Shown: positions 14,176 to 28,300 of the stretch, one piece after another | How positions within the stretch are numbered: position 1 is the stretch's first letter | How the letters are laid out: each line of letters begins with the position of its first letter | NCBI GenBank assembly: GCA_030141605.1 | Contig: JAQGDQ010000642.1 | Location: 1-64,000 of the forward strand | DNA from: Tubiluchus corallicola | Lineage: Eukaryota > Animalia > Priapulida | Direction: 5' to 3' | DNA: 64,000 bases | Notes under the pieces: generated by a model | Seen by the model: only the letters and a program-made list of their open reading frames with translations | The model's database searches: none | Told to the model about the DNA's origin: nothing | Translations under genes and position numbers: made by a program

Positions 14176-15050
14176 CATTAACCAGGCTTTATTCAAGTAA
14201 TACGTGTTAGTGTTAACCAGGCTTTATTCAAGTAATACGTGTTGGTGTTAACCAGGCTTTATTCAAGTAATACGTGTTAGTGTTAACCAGGCTTTATTCA
14301 AGTAATACGTGTTAGTGTTAACCAGGCTTTATTCATGTAATACGTGTTAGTATTAACCAGGCTTTATTCAAGTAATTCGTGTTAGTAATAACCAGGCTTT
14401 ATTCAAGTAATACGTGTTAGTATTAACCAGGCTTTATCCAAGTAATACGTGTTAGTATTAACCAGGCTTTATCCAAGTAATACGTGTTAGTATTAACCAG
14501 GCTTTATTCAAGTAATACGTGTTAGTATTACTAACGTGCTAGTATTAACCAGGCTTTATTCAAGTAATACGTGTTAGTATTAACCAGGCTTTATTCAAGT
14601 AATACGCGTTAGTATTAACCAGGCTTTATTCAAGTAATACTTGTTAGTATTAACCAGGCTTTATTCAAGTAATACGTGTTAGTGTTAACCAGGCTTTATT
14701 CAAGTAATACGTGTTAGTATTAACCAGACTTTATTCAAGTAATACGCGTTAGTATTAACCAGGCTTTATTCAAGTAATACGTGTTAGTGTTAACCAGGCT
14801 TTATTCAAGTAATACGGTTAGTTTAACCAGGCTTTATTAAGTAAACAAAACCAACACAAAAACAATTAACCAGGCTTTATTCAAGTAATTCGCGTTAGTA
14901 TTAACCAGGCTTTATTCAAGTAATGCGTGTTAGTATTAACCAGGCTTTAATCAAGTAATGCGTGTTAGTGTTAACCAGGCTTTATTCAAGTAATGCGTGT
15001 TAGTATTAACCAGGCTTTATCCAAGTAATACGTGTTAGTATTAACCAGGC
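14176..15050. repeat. 35-bp minisatellite, about 24 copies
   Basis: Unit TATTAACCAGGCTTTATTCAAGTAATACGTGTTAG, head to tail with no spacers. Confidence 0.97.
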
Positions 15051-15261
15051 AATATAATGTGGAATTCAGGCTGTATGCCAGTTTTCAGCGCATTTTAAAG
15101 AACAGTTTTTTAAAATACGAAAAATATTACTTGTTCTTACATTAAAAAAGAAATTAGTAAAAAGTTAGTAGTAGAACACTTTTGGGTATAACTATCTACC
15201 ACTTTTTTATAAAGTATAATAATCATTTATTTACATAGGTACTGTGTATTATTGTATTATC

Positions 15262-15313
<52 letters not shown>

Positions 15314-16293
15314 GTAACATTTCAACTTGATATTGTACATAATGTAAAAATAAAAAAACATCTCACGATCAGTACCTTACAAATGATATTTTATTCTACG
15401 AACTGTCTGTTTTGCTTTTGGGTTGACTGGAAAAACTTTAATTCTCTGAAAGACGTAATTTGAATGATAAAGTAATGATTTCTACCCAAAATACATACCC
15501 ATCAGCTGACGAATATTTCTTGAATACTCATAAGCTCAAAATTGGTTGAGTAAATTTATACTTTTAGCAAAAATTTTATCTAGTTAGAAATTATTTCTCT
15601 CGTTTCCAACTTTCTCTCATTAATTTTCAATTCTCCGATCAGTTGTGCGTTAATTAATAATTTACAACTGCTTGTAAACCAAATCAACTAGAAGTCTGGA
15701 ACTCTTTCATTTATTTATCCATTCACTGGCGTTTTCATTGTAAGAGGTAAAGTGAAATATGGGCTAAGTGAAAAGAATAAAGACGTAATTCACTCTACCT
15801 GTGTTGTGGTCATTGTCGGACAGGTGCGTCCGTCGATAATTGACATTGTCTGCATCCCTCTTTGTTTGGCCCCGTACGTTATTTCGACTCACGGTAGAAG
15901 CTAGCGCTACTTGGGCTAGCGGTATAATGAAAAAAGAGAAATCGTTAATTAATTACGTGTTTTAGCAACCATAGAGAAGCCGAGATTTTACTAACTTCAA
16001 GAAATGTTTGACGGCTGGACAATGATAATGATGTCGAATTTGCCTATTACTTGAAATTTCACAGTCAGGACATTTTTACAAGCTTGGCTTCTTTAATGCC
16101 CTGCGACACAAATCATTAAAGTGGGTAGCTAATCATTTTTTCAAAATTTGCTTCTTATGGTGAATCTTTCTGTTCGTTAACCACTGAATTATTTTTGTTT
16201 CTTTCTTTAATGTATTAATTTTGTATTTGTACTTGAAAAAGATTCTTATAAACAATTTAACATCAACAGCATTTTCAATCCGGTTCACAAATA

Positions 16294-16732
16294 CAGGGCC
16301 GTCCAGAAAAAACGCTCCCCCCAATTAGCCCAAGATTCGTTTTAATGAAGTTAATGAAATCATTAAGATTCATTTTGGTGGAGGCGTTTACAAAAGAGAT
16401 CCACATAATCGTGTAGCCAACTTTCTTCTCTTTCCAAAAAATTATAAAGTCGTCTCCAAGACCCCATCAAGCGCCACTAGGACGTTTTGTCTACACAGTG
16501 TTCTGTGAAAATGGTAGGCAAAAGCCTCCAAAACTGACTACTTTTTGCTCACTGCTGAAACATCATGTAGAAAAACGTCCTAGCATCGCCTGGTGGGGTT
16601 CTTGGAGAGAAGACCATAACTCACTGGGAAAAGGGAAACCAGCTAGACAGTGACGTGAGTCTCTTTTACAAACGCCTCTACCAGGATGAACAATTACGAG
16701 TTAGTTTGGAAGAACTTTTTTGGACAACCGTG
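16294..16732. mobile_element. Tc1/mariner-like fold-back MITE
   Basis: TA-CAGGGCCGTCCAGAAAAA ... TTTTTTGGACAACCGTG-TA; long imperfect internal inverted arms. Confidence 0.7.
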
Positions 16733-17102
16733 TATTACAGTAATACCGACTTTAACAAAATAGCTGACATAATAAGATTTAAATTGAAAGTGCTTTTCAC
16801 AACGTGAAAGCATTCACTGCTAACAATAAACCTGCCGTGAATTGAACACCACCAAAAATATACCTACAGAGATAACTCGAAAACTCCAAGAAGAGCTGAC
16901 AGTTGTCATTGAAATTTTGACCAAGACTTTTCAAAATATAGATCGTTGATACTGTTGTGGTGCGTCCTAGATTAGATACCCCAAAACATGGCCCACTCTG
17001 AGTTAGCCTTGTTCTCTCGGTGATAACTATCACCAACTGATTATCTGCATAAGTGCTGAGGCACAGGTGGATCATAGAGAAAGGCTTAGTGTTTCCATAT
17101 TT

Positions 17103-17170
17103 ATCTCTCACAGAAGTTAATCGACGTCAAGCATGGTCAGTATGTGGATAAGGGACCACCAGTAAAATGT
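17103..17170 (+). pseudogene. Degenerate 5S rRNA-like fragment (pseudogene or SINE3 part)
   Basis: GAAGTTAATCGACGTCAAGCATGGTCAGTATGTGGATAAGGGACCACC resembles the 5S internal control region GAAGCTAAGCAGGGTCGGGCCTGGTTAGTACTTGGATGGGAGACCGCC. Confidence 0.5.
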
Positions 17171-17622
17171 CTTCTGGGTTGTTTTATTTGTCATAAAAAA
17201 TGTTTATTTTTTAATTTCTGCCCGACTTATTTTTGCCGCCGGGAGAGGTTGTGTATACACCGCCGAAAGTGGCTAAAACGTTTGCTAATTCAAAATCTCG
17301 TTTTAAAAGGTTATTCCTAGGCATTTTTAGGTGCCAGTTCTGCTACATCCAGCTACTTGACTATGTGCTACATTCCAGCTTATAGAATGACAAAGCAGTA
17401 ATCATACTATGATGGTTTTGAGTTCTGATTGATAATCATAACTGTGTGATATAATAGGCTTAATTCCTATTTCTAATAGATGTGATAGTATAGTGGTGAC
17501 GTTCAAATGTTACATGGATTTAATTAAACTGGATTTATACATAAAGGCCACGATTTTTACGTATTAAAAGTAATAAGAAAGAGTTTTCTCGGTTGTTGTT
17601 CATAATTGAGCTGATGTTAGAA

Positions 17623-17757
17623 ATAATATAATATAATATAATATAATATAATATAATATAATATAATATAATATAATATAATATAATATAATATAATATA
17701 ATATAATATAATATAATATAATATAATATAATATAATATAATATAATATAATATAAT
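17623..17757. repeat. (ATATA)n microsatellite
   Basis: Directly visible. Confidence 0.97.
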
Positions 17758-18674
17758 TTCAAGGGTAATACGTTCTTCTGTATTCTAAAGCAGACAAGTA
17801 ATAGTAATAGTAATCTTCACAGCAGTAGCAATCTTCACAAGTTGGTGTTAAATTTTACAAATTTTTGGCTTGCGTTACTGTAAACACTGATGTCGGTCAG
17901 AACACCATGGGCTTAGGCCTACTGCTGCTGACAGAACACTGAAATTGCTGTATTTTCTAGGACGTTTAAGCCGCCATCTTGTCAAGTTTAAGCGCATTAA
18001 GAAATGGTTCAGGGGTATTGTACAGTTTCGCAAATTTATCATTCATCTAAGGTTCAGTAAGAATTGGCAGAAGGTATTCAAGGTAATGCTGTACGTGTGA
18101 CTAGAATAACAATTTTCACTGAAGTTCCACAAGCTTCGACGCTCATCTTTGCAAATGAACTCTGTTGGTATAATTATATTTAATATTTTAGCAAGGATTT
18201 AAAATTTAAATTTTTGTTCTGTTGTTGTGGCCAGATCTTGAAAAGGCCAGTTCAAATTCATGCGAATTAATTCACACATATACGTTAATTCAAGTGCTCG
18301 GATAATTAGACACACGGAACACGTAAAATTTGCAGTCTCGAATATTATAGCTGTAATAAAGTCGCCTAGTAAGGTCTTTCTAATGTATAATAAAAGTTAA
18401 ATATAAGAGTTAATACGTGACTCGACAATTAAATGTTTTATATCTAAAAAAGTTAAAGACAAGATGAGAGCAGTCGTTTTTGCTCTATGCCTGGTGAACG
18501 ATTTAAACTAATACTGTCTATCAACGAGCGAGATTATAACTGACACGTAGCAACTGTTGACTGATGTTACTAATCATAAGGGATTAACTATTACTATCAC
18601 TTGTTCTGCTTTAAAATTCAGAAGAACATATTGTCCTTCAAATAATTCTCGATGTGGCCTGTATTTTGCAAACA

Positions 18675-18677
<3 letters not shown>

Positions 18678-18754
<77 letters not shown>

Positions 18755-18864
18755 TATCTCTCTCTCTCTCCCTCTATCTCTCTGTCTCTCTCTCAGACAC
18801 ACACTCTCTCTCTTTTTTCTCTCTCTCCCTCTATTTCTCTCTCTCTCTCTCTTTCTCTCTCTTT

Positions 18865-18897
<33 letters not shown>

Positions 18898-18931
18898 CTC
18901 TCCCCCCCCTCTCTCTCTCTCTCTCTCTCTC
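18678..18931. repeat. (CT)n microsatellite
   Basis: Directly visible. Confidence 0.97.
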
Positions 18932-19340
18932 ATCGATAACATATAATATACTACATATATTATATAATTTTACATTAAAATTCTTCTGTTTCCAGAATCA
19001 TAATTATTACAGCATGGTTTTGAAGTAATACGTAAGACTATAAGTGTAGATCTGTTATGTGGATATACACAAACATTAAACGTTATATTATTTTCATCAG
19101 TTAATGCATGCATAACTTATTTATTCACAGACGTATTATGAAACAACTAATTAACACAGTAACTACACATCGCATGCCTGTGATTAGGCAGTCCGCAATT
19201 TTCTAATAGATAACGTTCACATAATCAATGGAAAACTGCCATTAATTTTAACCCAATTAATATGCCAACTGTTATCATTGATCTCGTTTATTTTACAGGT
19301 ATTGCTACTGGAAGTAAGCTACCATCACAAATAAATCAAT

Positions 19341-19367
19341 ATGTACAGCTTCCTGTTACTAGCGGCG
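19341..19367 (+). CDS. ZP gene coding exon 1 (MYSFLLLAA); exon probably starts at 19299
   Basis: ttttacag acceptor ending 19298, ATG at 19341, GTAAGT donor at 19368, phase 0. Confidence 0.75.
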
Positions 19368-22300
19368 GTAAGTATTATGATAAGAAATAATAATTGGGCG
19401 TTAGATCTTGCTTAAATTAATAATAGTGGTAAATGTATGGCAGTCTTCGCTGTAACATTATTGAGTTCAACGTGGTTTTATTTATCAACACTAACTCACA
19501 GATTGTATGACGACTCTACATCTTGCTTAAATTAATAATAGTGGTAAATGTATGGCAGTCTTCGCTGTAACATTATTGAGTTCAACGTGGTTTTATTTAT
19601 CAACACTAACTCACAGATAGTATGACGACTCTACATCTTGCCTAAATTAATAATAGTGATAAATGTATGGCAATCTTCGCTGTAACATTATTGAGTTCAA
19701 CGTGGTTTTATTTATCAACACTAACTCACAGATAGTATGACGACTCTACATCTTGCTTAAATTAATAATAGTGGTAAATGTATGGCAATCTTCGCTGTAT
19801 AATTATTGAGTTCAACGTGGTTTTATTTATCAACACTAACACACAAATAGTATGACGACTCTAAAGAAAAGAAAACTGATTCTGTTTTATAGCTTTTTGC
19901 GTGGGTAAGCCAAAGTGATCTATCGTTTGTACAAAATGTTGCATGTACATAATCAAAAAGCTTAATTGCTTGATCAAACATTTATTTGGCGTTTCTATAT
20001 AGCTTTCCACAAGGATCAGTTCTGTGCTTTCTTTCGTTCTGTGTTTAAATTTAACTACCCTTTTACAGAGCAGAAATAAAATTTTGAAATTTCTACGTTA
20101 ATAATTATATCTTTTTTATTTAGCTGGTCGCTGTTGCCAACTGCCAAGAAATGACTGGTAAGTACAGTATTATGATAACTATTCGGTGAAAGTTATGGAT
20201 AATTTAACGGCAATCACCATTGCTTGGGGTCAAATTTTGCTTTCACAGAGCGCATGCGCATCCAAATAAGGGTTGCCGAGCTAACAAAGGTACTAGTTTG
20301 GAAGAACGGTGCAAGCTGAGTGTTAGTGTATACATTCCCCCCTCATGAAACCTGTTCTCGCTTGGGTGGAGAACAACATGATTCAAGGATACCTGTATAT
20401 ATGATGCCAATACCGACAGTCTGACGGGCTGGGCAGGTGATGATATCATGCTTTTGGAACGCTTGAGGGTGAATTCAAAATCGATACATCAGCCACAAGT
20501 TCGCGCTGTATGATAATCCTTCATTAATTTCAACGATTCACGAAAGAAGTTGTACTCTAGAGGAATAAGAAGGCATCCTTTGAAAATATGATTTCGTTTA
20601 TATATTAGCATTCACAAAGTACAAGAAAAGCAGAATAGAAATTAAGGTTTGAACAACATTCTGTCTTCTCTTTTAGCGATAATCTCGTTGTCAAAAGAAT
20701 TAAGGTTGATCTGATAACAAAGATGAAATTATGGTCGAATTCAGTAATACATAGTGACTTATAAAAGTATTATTAGTTTAACCCCGCAACAGTTCTAAAT
20801 ATGCCCTTGTAACCACCGAATCACGGACATAAGGTCCTTGCTTGTAACAATAAGATAAGCTATAGAGCATGATTATGTGTTGTAAAGCGATTAGAATCAT
20901 TAGAGCAACTCCTCGGCGTAATTCCCGTTCTTCGTATCTAAAAGCATAAACCCATGGTATTATTATTATTATTATTATTATATGAATTTTAAAAGTGATA
21001 AACTTGATTATCTTTGAACGTAGAAAATTCTGATTATTTTAGCCGTTTCACTTGCCTTCGTGTTTGACGGTTCGTCGCTACTTCGTCAAAATATACTAGA
21101 TTTCTATTACTATATAAGTCACTTATTTTTGTACGTTTGAATTCTATTAGTTTTACTTTTTGCATATTGGTTTAATTATTATTTACTGGTAGGCTTATAA
21201 AAACAAGCGTTCCTATAAGTTTGATATTTGAGTTATAATGTTGGAGTTAGAATGGTAAAGTTTATGCCTGATGCAGACAAAATTCAATTAGGTGATCACA
21301 GAATCTCGCATTTTGATCTTGTCGTTAAAATCAGACAGCAAAAATAAAGCTGTCGTATAAACACGCTGTCCGCGCGTTTTTTAACTGAAATTAATCGTCT
21401 AAAATTTCAAAGAGGATGGCGAATTTGGTTGACAAACCTTCAAAACTGAAAGAAAGGTGTCTAAATATTTTATTGAGAACTCCAAATATGAAAGGAAGTG
21501 TAATTTTATGTGTAACGATTTCAGATATTATATAGTGATTTTCATAGTTCTGTGTTCGTATGCAAACACGCACCCAGGCGATGAAACAACTGACGTTTAC
21601 TAGATCACGCCCTACCATTACTAAGTGCCTAGGCAGTTCTTTTAAACTTGAAAACCGGAATAATGAGAATTTAAACCAATTCTGGGCACGATTAGCAGCT
21701 ATATACGGCTATTCTCGTTCACATTTTAAGATCTCAAAAAACTGGTTCGTCGGACATTTTTATTGGCGCTTCTTCTGGAAAGAGGAACCAAAGATACTAA
21801 AAATAGCTAGTTCGGGGTAGAAAAATAGCATGCATAGACGTCGTTATAAAAATGTGTAGTTTTATACTTGTGGAAAGGGTGCTTTTAAAGGAAAAAGAGC
21901 ACGTAAGACCCTGTTCACATTTTGTTGCTTCAAGCCGAAGACACAATGTAGATCAATACCTAGTTAGAGTGTTGAAGCAAATGATTCCTACAAATTCACC
22001 TTAAATGCTGTTGATGAGAATGGCAAAGCCCACCTATTTAAACTTTCTAATGAAATTTCCTAAAATACCCTTTAAAATACATAACCAGACATCTTACGAA
22101 CCACTGGTAGGTTAAATTAATAACAACATAAAATGTACACGATTTACTAGAAGCTGTTTTTGAGCTTTTACCCCTATCAACGCTAACATTGTGCGATTAT
22201 TTACAGAAAACTACAAAATGTTTTCACATTTCCGTGTAAAAACGTTGAAAAAATGCTAAAAATAAACAATTTATGTTGCTTGAACGAACTATGTCTACGC

Positions 22301-25300
22301 GAATGGGAAATTATAGCAATTAGGCTATCTCTTTACAAGTGAAATCTAATCATCTTTTCCCGATTGATTAGATACTTACGAAAATTAACCAATGTGAACT
22401 GACGATGGTGTGTAAAAGTAGCAATTAATATAATTACAGTATGGCTACAGCTATTGGCTAGTCTTTCTTTGTCAATGGAGTCATTGTCCAGAAAACCCTC
22501 ACTCCACTGCACCCCTATTTTCTTGTTTCCGCTCCGTGCTTTAGGCAGGTTATTCACTTTCGTTTTCCAGTCACGTGATCTGCTAAATTTCTCCGCCATA
22601 TTTATTCAACTAAATTGTTGACTGAGCGGATACGTTCTCTACCCGTGCGGGTGATTTCTTTTCGGTTCATAATTTCACCTGTCCATCAAAACGCGAACAT
22701 AATAGAAGTCAGGGTTCAAACACCTTCAAGCAGCCATTTTGAAATTGAAGGAACAGAAAATGATAGGACAAGAAAAGGGGTACTTGAAGTAGGTTTCAGA
22801 AAACCGCCTTGAAAATTATATTGCTTTATAGTAATTTTATGCGCATATCCTACTGTTTTCATTTTCAATCTCCCGCAATACTGCTCCGACAGCGCCATTA
22901 CCTGACGTCATATACGCACAATGTAAATCGGACGAAGAAAAAAATGTTATACTATGTCCCAAAAAACTTCCCATGTAAAGTTATATTACTTAGCATTTCG
23001 CTTACCTGCTTGACAGACTTACGTAACTAGAAAAGAAAATTATTAATTATATAAAGTGTTTTCACCAATTGGCAAAATGTCGTTGACTCACCTCCAGGGT
23101 GCATCACTCGCTAACCAAAAAACGTATTCTTAATATTATTGACAAGATACTGTAATTTAAATTTTACTTAGTTAGTGACCTGGGTACGAATGCTCTGATT
23201 TTTTAAAACTTTACTCAGTATTATTTAAACTTGTTTCACATGACTTATCGTCAAAATGGCTGCGTCTAATAGTCATCGCGGGAGTTAAAATTTACATGTT
23301 TTATACAGCGTTTCTGCCGACGCAAGCCCTGTATGCAAAACTGGCAGTATGTAAGTGGTATAAAATTTGAAGACGAATTTTTTAAACTTTATGTAAGTTG
23401 TTATTATGCTGTTATCGGTTATCTTTGTTATTAATTTTAGTGTGTTGAATGTGTATGTGCAGCGACTCTTTTAGCCCTCACTAAAATAATTATTATTTGA
23501 ATTATAGGCGTTCCAGAGGTTGAATGCAGAAGTGAAAGTATGGTAATTAGAGCCGACTTTGCGAGTGGATTCAACGGCAGAGTTTATCCTAAAGGACTTT
23601 CAAAACAGCAGAACTGTTCGATGGACGGCACTGGAGAAAATAGCATCGACTTTGAAGTGAATTTGTTCGGATGCGCAACTATTCTAGCTAATCCACAAGT
23701 AAGATATTTTCACTTTGCAAAGGACAACGGATCGTATCTATTGTATGGGTTTTGTAAATTTCAATTGAGTATTAACTAATGAACTGGTCGTATTTTTGAA
23801 TTACCTATTTCGAATTATTGCATGCTCGAACAAAGTACAGTATATTACTTATTTCTTCACTGCACATAGTGGAAATACTGTGATCAGTAATAATTACTGT
23901 GTTGTAAATATACACTCATAATAAATAAAGTTGTATTGATAAATAAGTTGTAAATAAATAAATATTATATATATATATATCCACGAGACCCAAATTCAGT
24001 TACCTAATCATCAGTAGCTGGGTAGGAACGCACGAGTATCTTTGTTGCTTATACGTGTGAATCTTGTTAAAACATATTTCAAATAAAGTTTGCTCAACAA
24101 GAACAATTCTTGAATTAAAGGAAAACAAAACGATTGATTAGAAGATCATACAATCGTTTTGCCGTAAACAACACGCGAGTAACTCATTTTGGCATTTTAT
24201 AAACATCGTAATAGTTTTTGTGGACTGCAATCACAAATATTTGCTAAATTAAATATTTTATTTGCAGGCGGTAGACAGCCAGGAATACACGAACATCATT
24301 GTCTTCCAGAGGCATCCAATGTTGGTGACTGGTAGCGATTTGGCGTATAGGGTGCACTGTAACTACGAACTAGGCGAGAAGACAGTAGCCAGTGACGTCA
24401 CTGTCAAGTAAGAGCGCTAAAATTTCAAATATTCATCTTTATATGAGTTTATTGACGTGTCCAAAAAACTACATCAGTGTTTAGAAAAGTAACGCTGTGT
24501 ACTCGCTGCCTAACCCAGAGCTGATATGCCAATCTCCCATTGAGGCGTTTAATAAGGTAAAGTGAAACGCCAGAAGAAAATTTGTATAAAGACTAGAAAC
24601 TAAAACACGAGGTAGTTGTTTACAGAGTGAAACCAACCGTTACTGTACCGAGTGTCGGGACAGTAACGCCGGATTGGTTTCTTCGAATTAAACTTGGCAA
24701 CAGACCAGACGATCCTTTCGTAACAAATTCTCTGATTGTAGTCCATACCTTTTTTCCAAATCCTTTAATTCCAGAACAAGTAAAGTAAAACAAATTAGGA
24801 CAAATGCCCACTATGAAATGAACTCTATAATCAAGCAAGCAATTCTACTTTGGAATTCGCTACCATTACAGGTTAAACAAATCAGGTTCCTATCAGCATT
24901 TAAAACAAAATTAAAAGCATTATTTTGAACAGATATGAAATACTATCACACCAGTGCGACAACATACACACTAATTCAGAATTAATATATATCCACGGCC
25001 ATTTTAGTTAAATGATAATTTTTAATTTTTGTGCATAGTTGTAAATACGTTTTATTTTTATTCGTCGTTACTTTCCATTACTGCACAGTAGTTTAGATTG
25101 CACTGACACATTTGCCTTTAGCAGTGTAAGTTTTTATTAACTAACATTGATTGATTATCTCTGAAAAGTTTTCATTCACTGATTATCAATGTATTTTAAC
25201 GGCAAATAATGATTATATATTACTATATGATATTACTATATTACTATATTACTATTATATTAGTATATATATATATATAATATAGTAACACCACTTACAT

Positions 25301-28300
25301 TTGGTATAGAAATGCCACCCGACGGTATGGCAGCATTTTCACTTATTCACATTGTATATCTTTGCTTTTCCAGTATGGTCTCTACCACCGTTCTGCCATC
25401 CGCTGCTCCACTGCTACCGGACTGCTTCCTCCGAATTAAGCTTGGTGATAGCCCAGACGATCCAGTCGTCACAACATCTGTCAGTCTCGGAACTCCACTT
25501 ACATTTGTCATAGAAATGGGAGCTAGTGGTACGACTGCTTTTTTAAATCATTTTGTAAATTATTTATTTGTTTTTTTGCTTCCTTCTTGCTTACCAGTTG
25601 GCTAGTTTGCTGATCGATTGATTGATTAACTGGCGCATTTGTTGGCAGGCTGCATAGTCAGTCTTTAATTGCTTCGCTGGTGGGAGAGTCAGCAACCATG
25701 TGTCATTATCACGAAAATTTAAGGCATAATAAAATATCATATGTTGATGCTTCTTTAGAATCTATTTAGATTTAAACAGCAAGAATGCAAGCGCCATAGC
25801 AGCTTAAAATCCATGAAAAAACGTTGAAGCGCACGTTACCACAAATACATTTTAGTCTGATATCACTGAATATCACTAAAGGCATCTAGCGTACAAAAAC
25901 CAGAAGTAAAAAAGTACGTTTAATGCTCCTAATTCATCAATAGTTACATTAATTCTCAGTCTGATCGTTGATGGATTCCAACATACAAACACGAATACCA
26001 ATTATTGATAATTACTGCCTAGAGTAAAAAGTATGTCGTCTAAGATTTTTATACATTATATTAGTTTTAAAGCTATTAATGTTACATATGCAGCATAGTG
26101 GCTTTTCGGGTCGAGTTGCTTACGTATATGAAAGCTGCAGATTTACCCCCACCGAGGTCTTTTTTCCACAATGGAGAGTAAGGAACAAGAAAAGGCCTAG
26201 TTAAAGCAAGTATCAGAAAATTTTCGCTAAAGAATTATAACGGTTAGAGGCAATCTTAAGCGTTTATCATACTCACGTTAAAAGAATTTCCTGTTAGTTT
26301 TCATTTTAAATACGCCGGCGAGACTGTAACGGCGCCGCCATATTAGATGGCGTCACAGAACCACAACACAAATATTTATAGTACACGTGCTCGGAACTCA
26401 CTGCGACTGTGTTCCAGTGATGTCATACCACGTGATCAGTCACATGCTGGCTTTTCAACTAGCGGACTAAATGAAACATGTCTGCGCCAACGTTTACTGC
26501 AGCGGTTGAAATATTTTACAAAAATTGGAGTAAATGCGGAAACGTGAGTACTTTATTCGCTCAAGATTATACTTAGGTGATATAATTTTTTATTGCGAAT
26601 TTTCTGAGGCTTACTTTGGTCGGCCATTTTCTTATACTTTAAGTAATTTTACTATTACAAATATTACCTAAACACCGCCAGGCATGCATAAACAGTTAAT
26701 ATTATACGAATTTATTTGCGTTTCAGATGTATACGGGTTTACTGTGAACACCTGCTTTGCCCACGATGGTATGGACATGATGAGAATGATGATCATTGAC
26801 GATGAAGGCTGCGCAACTGATCCAGATATTTTCGGAGAGCTTATTTACGATCCAGACAACTTCAGAGTGTACACCCCATTCGCAGCCCACAAATTCCCAA
26901 CAGCCAACCAGGTTTATTACCAGTGTAATGTGAAACTTTGCCTCCACGACCAATGCGAAGCAGTAAGTATAGGCTTACAAAGCCATACAGTCTAGGCCTT
27001 CTATGCGAAACTAAGCTTCTGTTATTAAAGGACAAGAAAAGAGGTACCTGAAGTAGGTTACAGAAAAATCGCCTTAAAAAATTATGTTACTTTATAGCAA
27101 TTTTGTGCATGCAGCGTCCTCGCGTAGAAAGGATTTTTTGTTTATTTTCATTTTAAATCTCCCGCAATACTGTTCCGACGAGGCCATTACATGATGTCAT
27201 ATACGCACAACGTAAATCAAGGAAAGAAAAGGAAATGTTAAATTATGTCCCAAAAAACTTTCCATGCAAAGTTATATTACTTCGCATTTCGCTTAACAGC
27301 TTGACTTATATAAATAGAAAAAATTATTAATTATTTAAATGTTTTCACCAATTCGTAAAATGTCCTTGGCTCCAGGGTGCACCATTCACTAACCAAAAAA
27401 CGTTTTTAATCTTATTGATAAGCTACAGCAAATAAAAAAATTTACTTACTTAGTGACGTGTGCGCTATGAATGCTCTGATTATTTTTTAAACTTTACACA
27501 ATGTTATCTAAGCTTGTTTCAAATGACCTGTCGTCAAAATTCTGCGTCTAACAGTCATCGCAGGAGTTTAAATTTACATATTATTTACAGCGTTACTGCT
27601 GATGCAAGCCCTGTGTGCAAAAAGGAAGTACGTACGTGATATAAAATTTCAAGACGATTTTTAAGCTTTATGTAAGTGAAGGGTTTTCTAGTGCTTTAAA
27701 TCGTATCAAAATTCTCTTCGGATGTGTCTGCATTTACATAGTAACAAGGTTGTCAATTGCCCTCCTTAACATTTTTCGCGTTGTTACTTTTTAGCCTGTA
27801 TGTCCATCAAATGGCAGGAAGAAGCGTCAAGCTCTCGCCGGAAACATCAGGAATGACGATGAACCGGAACTCATTGTTCGCGATGTCCTTATTATTGGAG
27901 ACTTTGACGATAACGAAGGTACGTTTAAGTAGTGGATGACGGTAATGATGTTTTTACGAAGCTATTACGTAATACGTTTCTATCGTTTTGAACAACAGTA
28001 CATACCATTGAAAATCATCATCATATGCCTGTCACGTCTATTGTAGACATTGGGCAGGCAGAACTCTAAAATAAAAGAAATCTGCCATTAAGACAGGTAA
28101 ACACAGCAGTTAATCCAGCAAAAAAACTAGACACTGCTACGCCAGTGGCTTGTCAGCAGGATTACTATGGCTTTAGATACTGCCGCAGCCCCATCTATAT
28201 TTTACAATGTCAATGTTCGGCCACGCTCAGCGCAAATAACAAGATTCTTCAATTTGCTAAATTAATTATATAATTACCGAAGACAGGCATAAGAGTAAAT

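Noticed and set aside
14176-15050. 35-bp repeats resembling a CRISPR array
   Set aside because: Units are head to tail with no unique spacers (one irregular insert near 14844), there are no cas genes and the context is eukaryotic.
20480-20530. DYHTARTCG*C as a TnpB/Fanzor zinc-finger motif
   Set aside because: No RuvC motifs or long ORF nearby; the context fits a decayed Gypsy integrase better, and even that is weak.
24738-25285. LINE insert being spliced out as a new intron to restore exon 5a
   Set aside because: The available GT (24738, 24741) and AG (25284-25285) pairs give a stop or a one-base frameshift, and there is no polypyrimidine tract.
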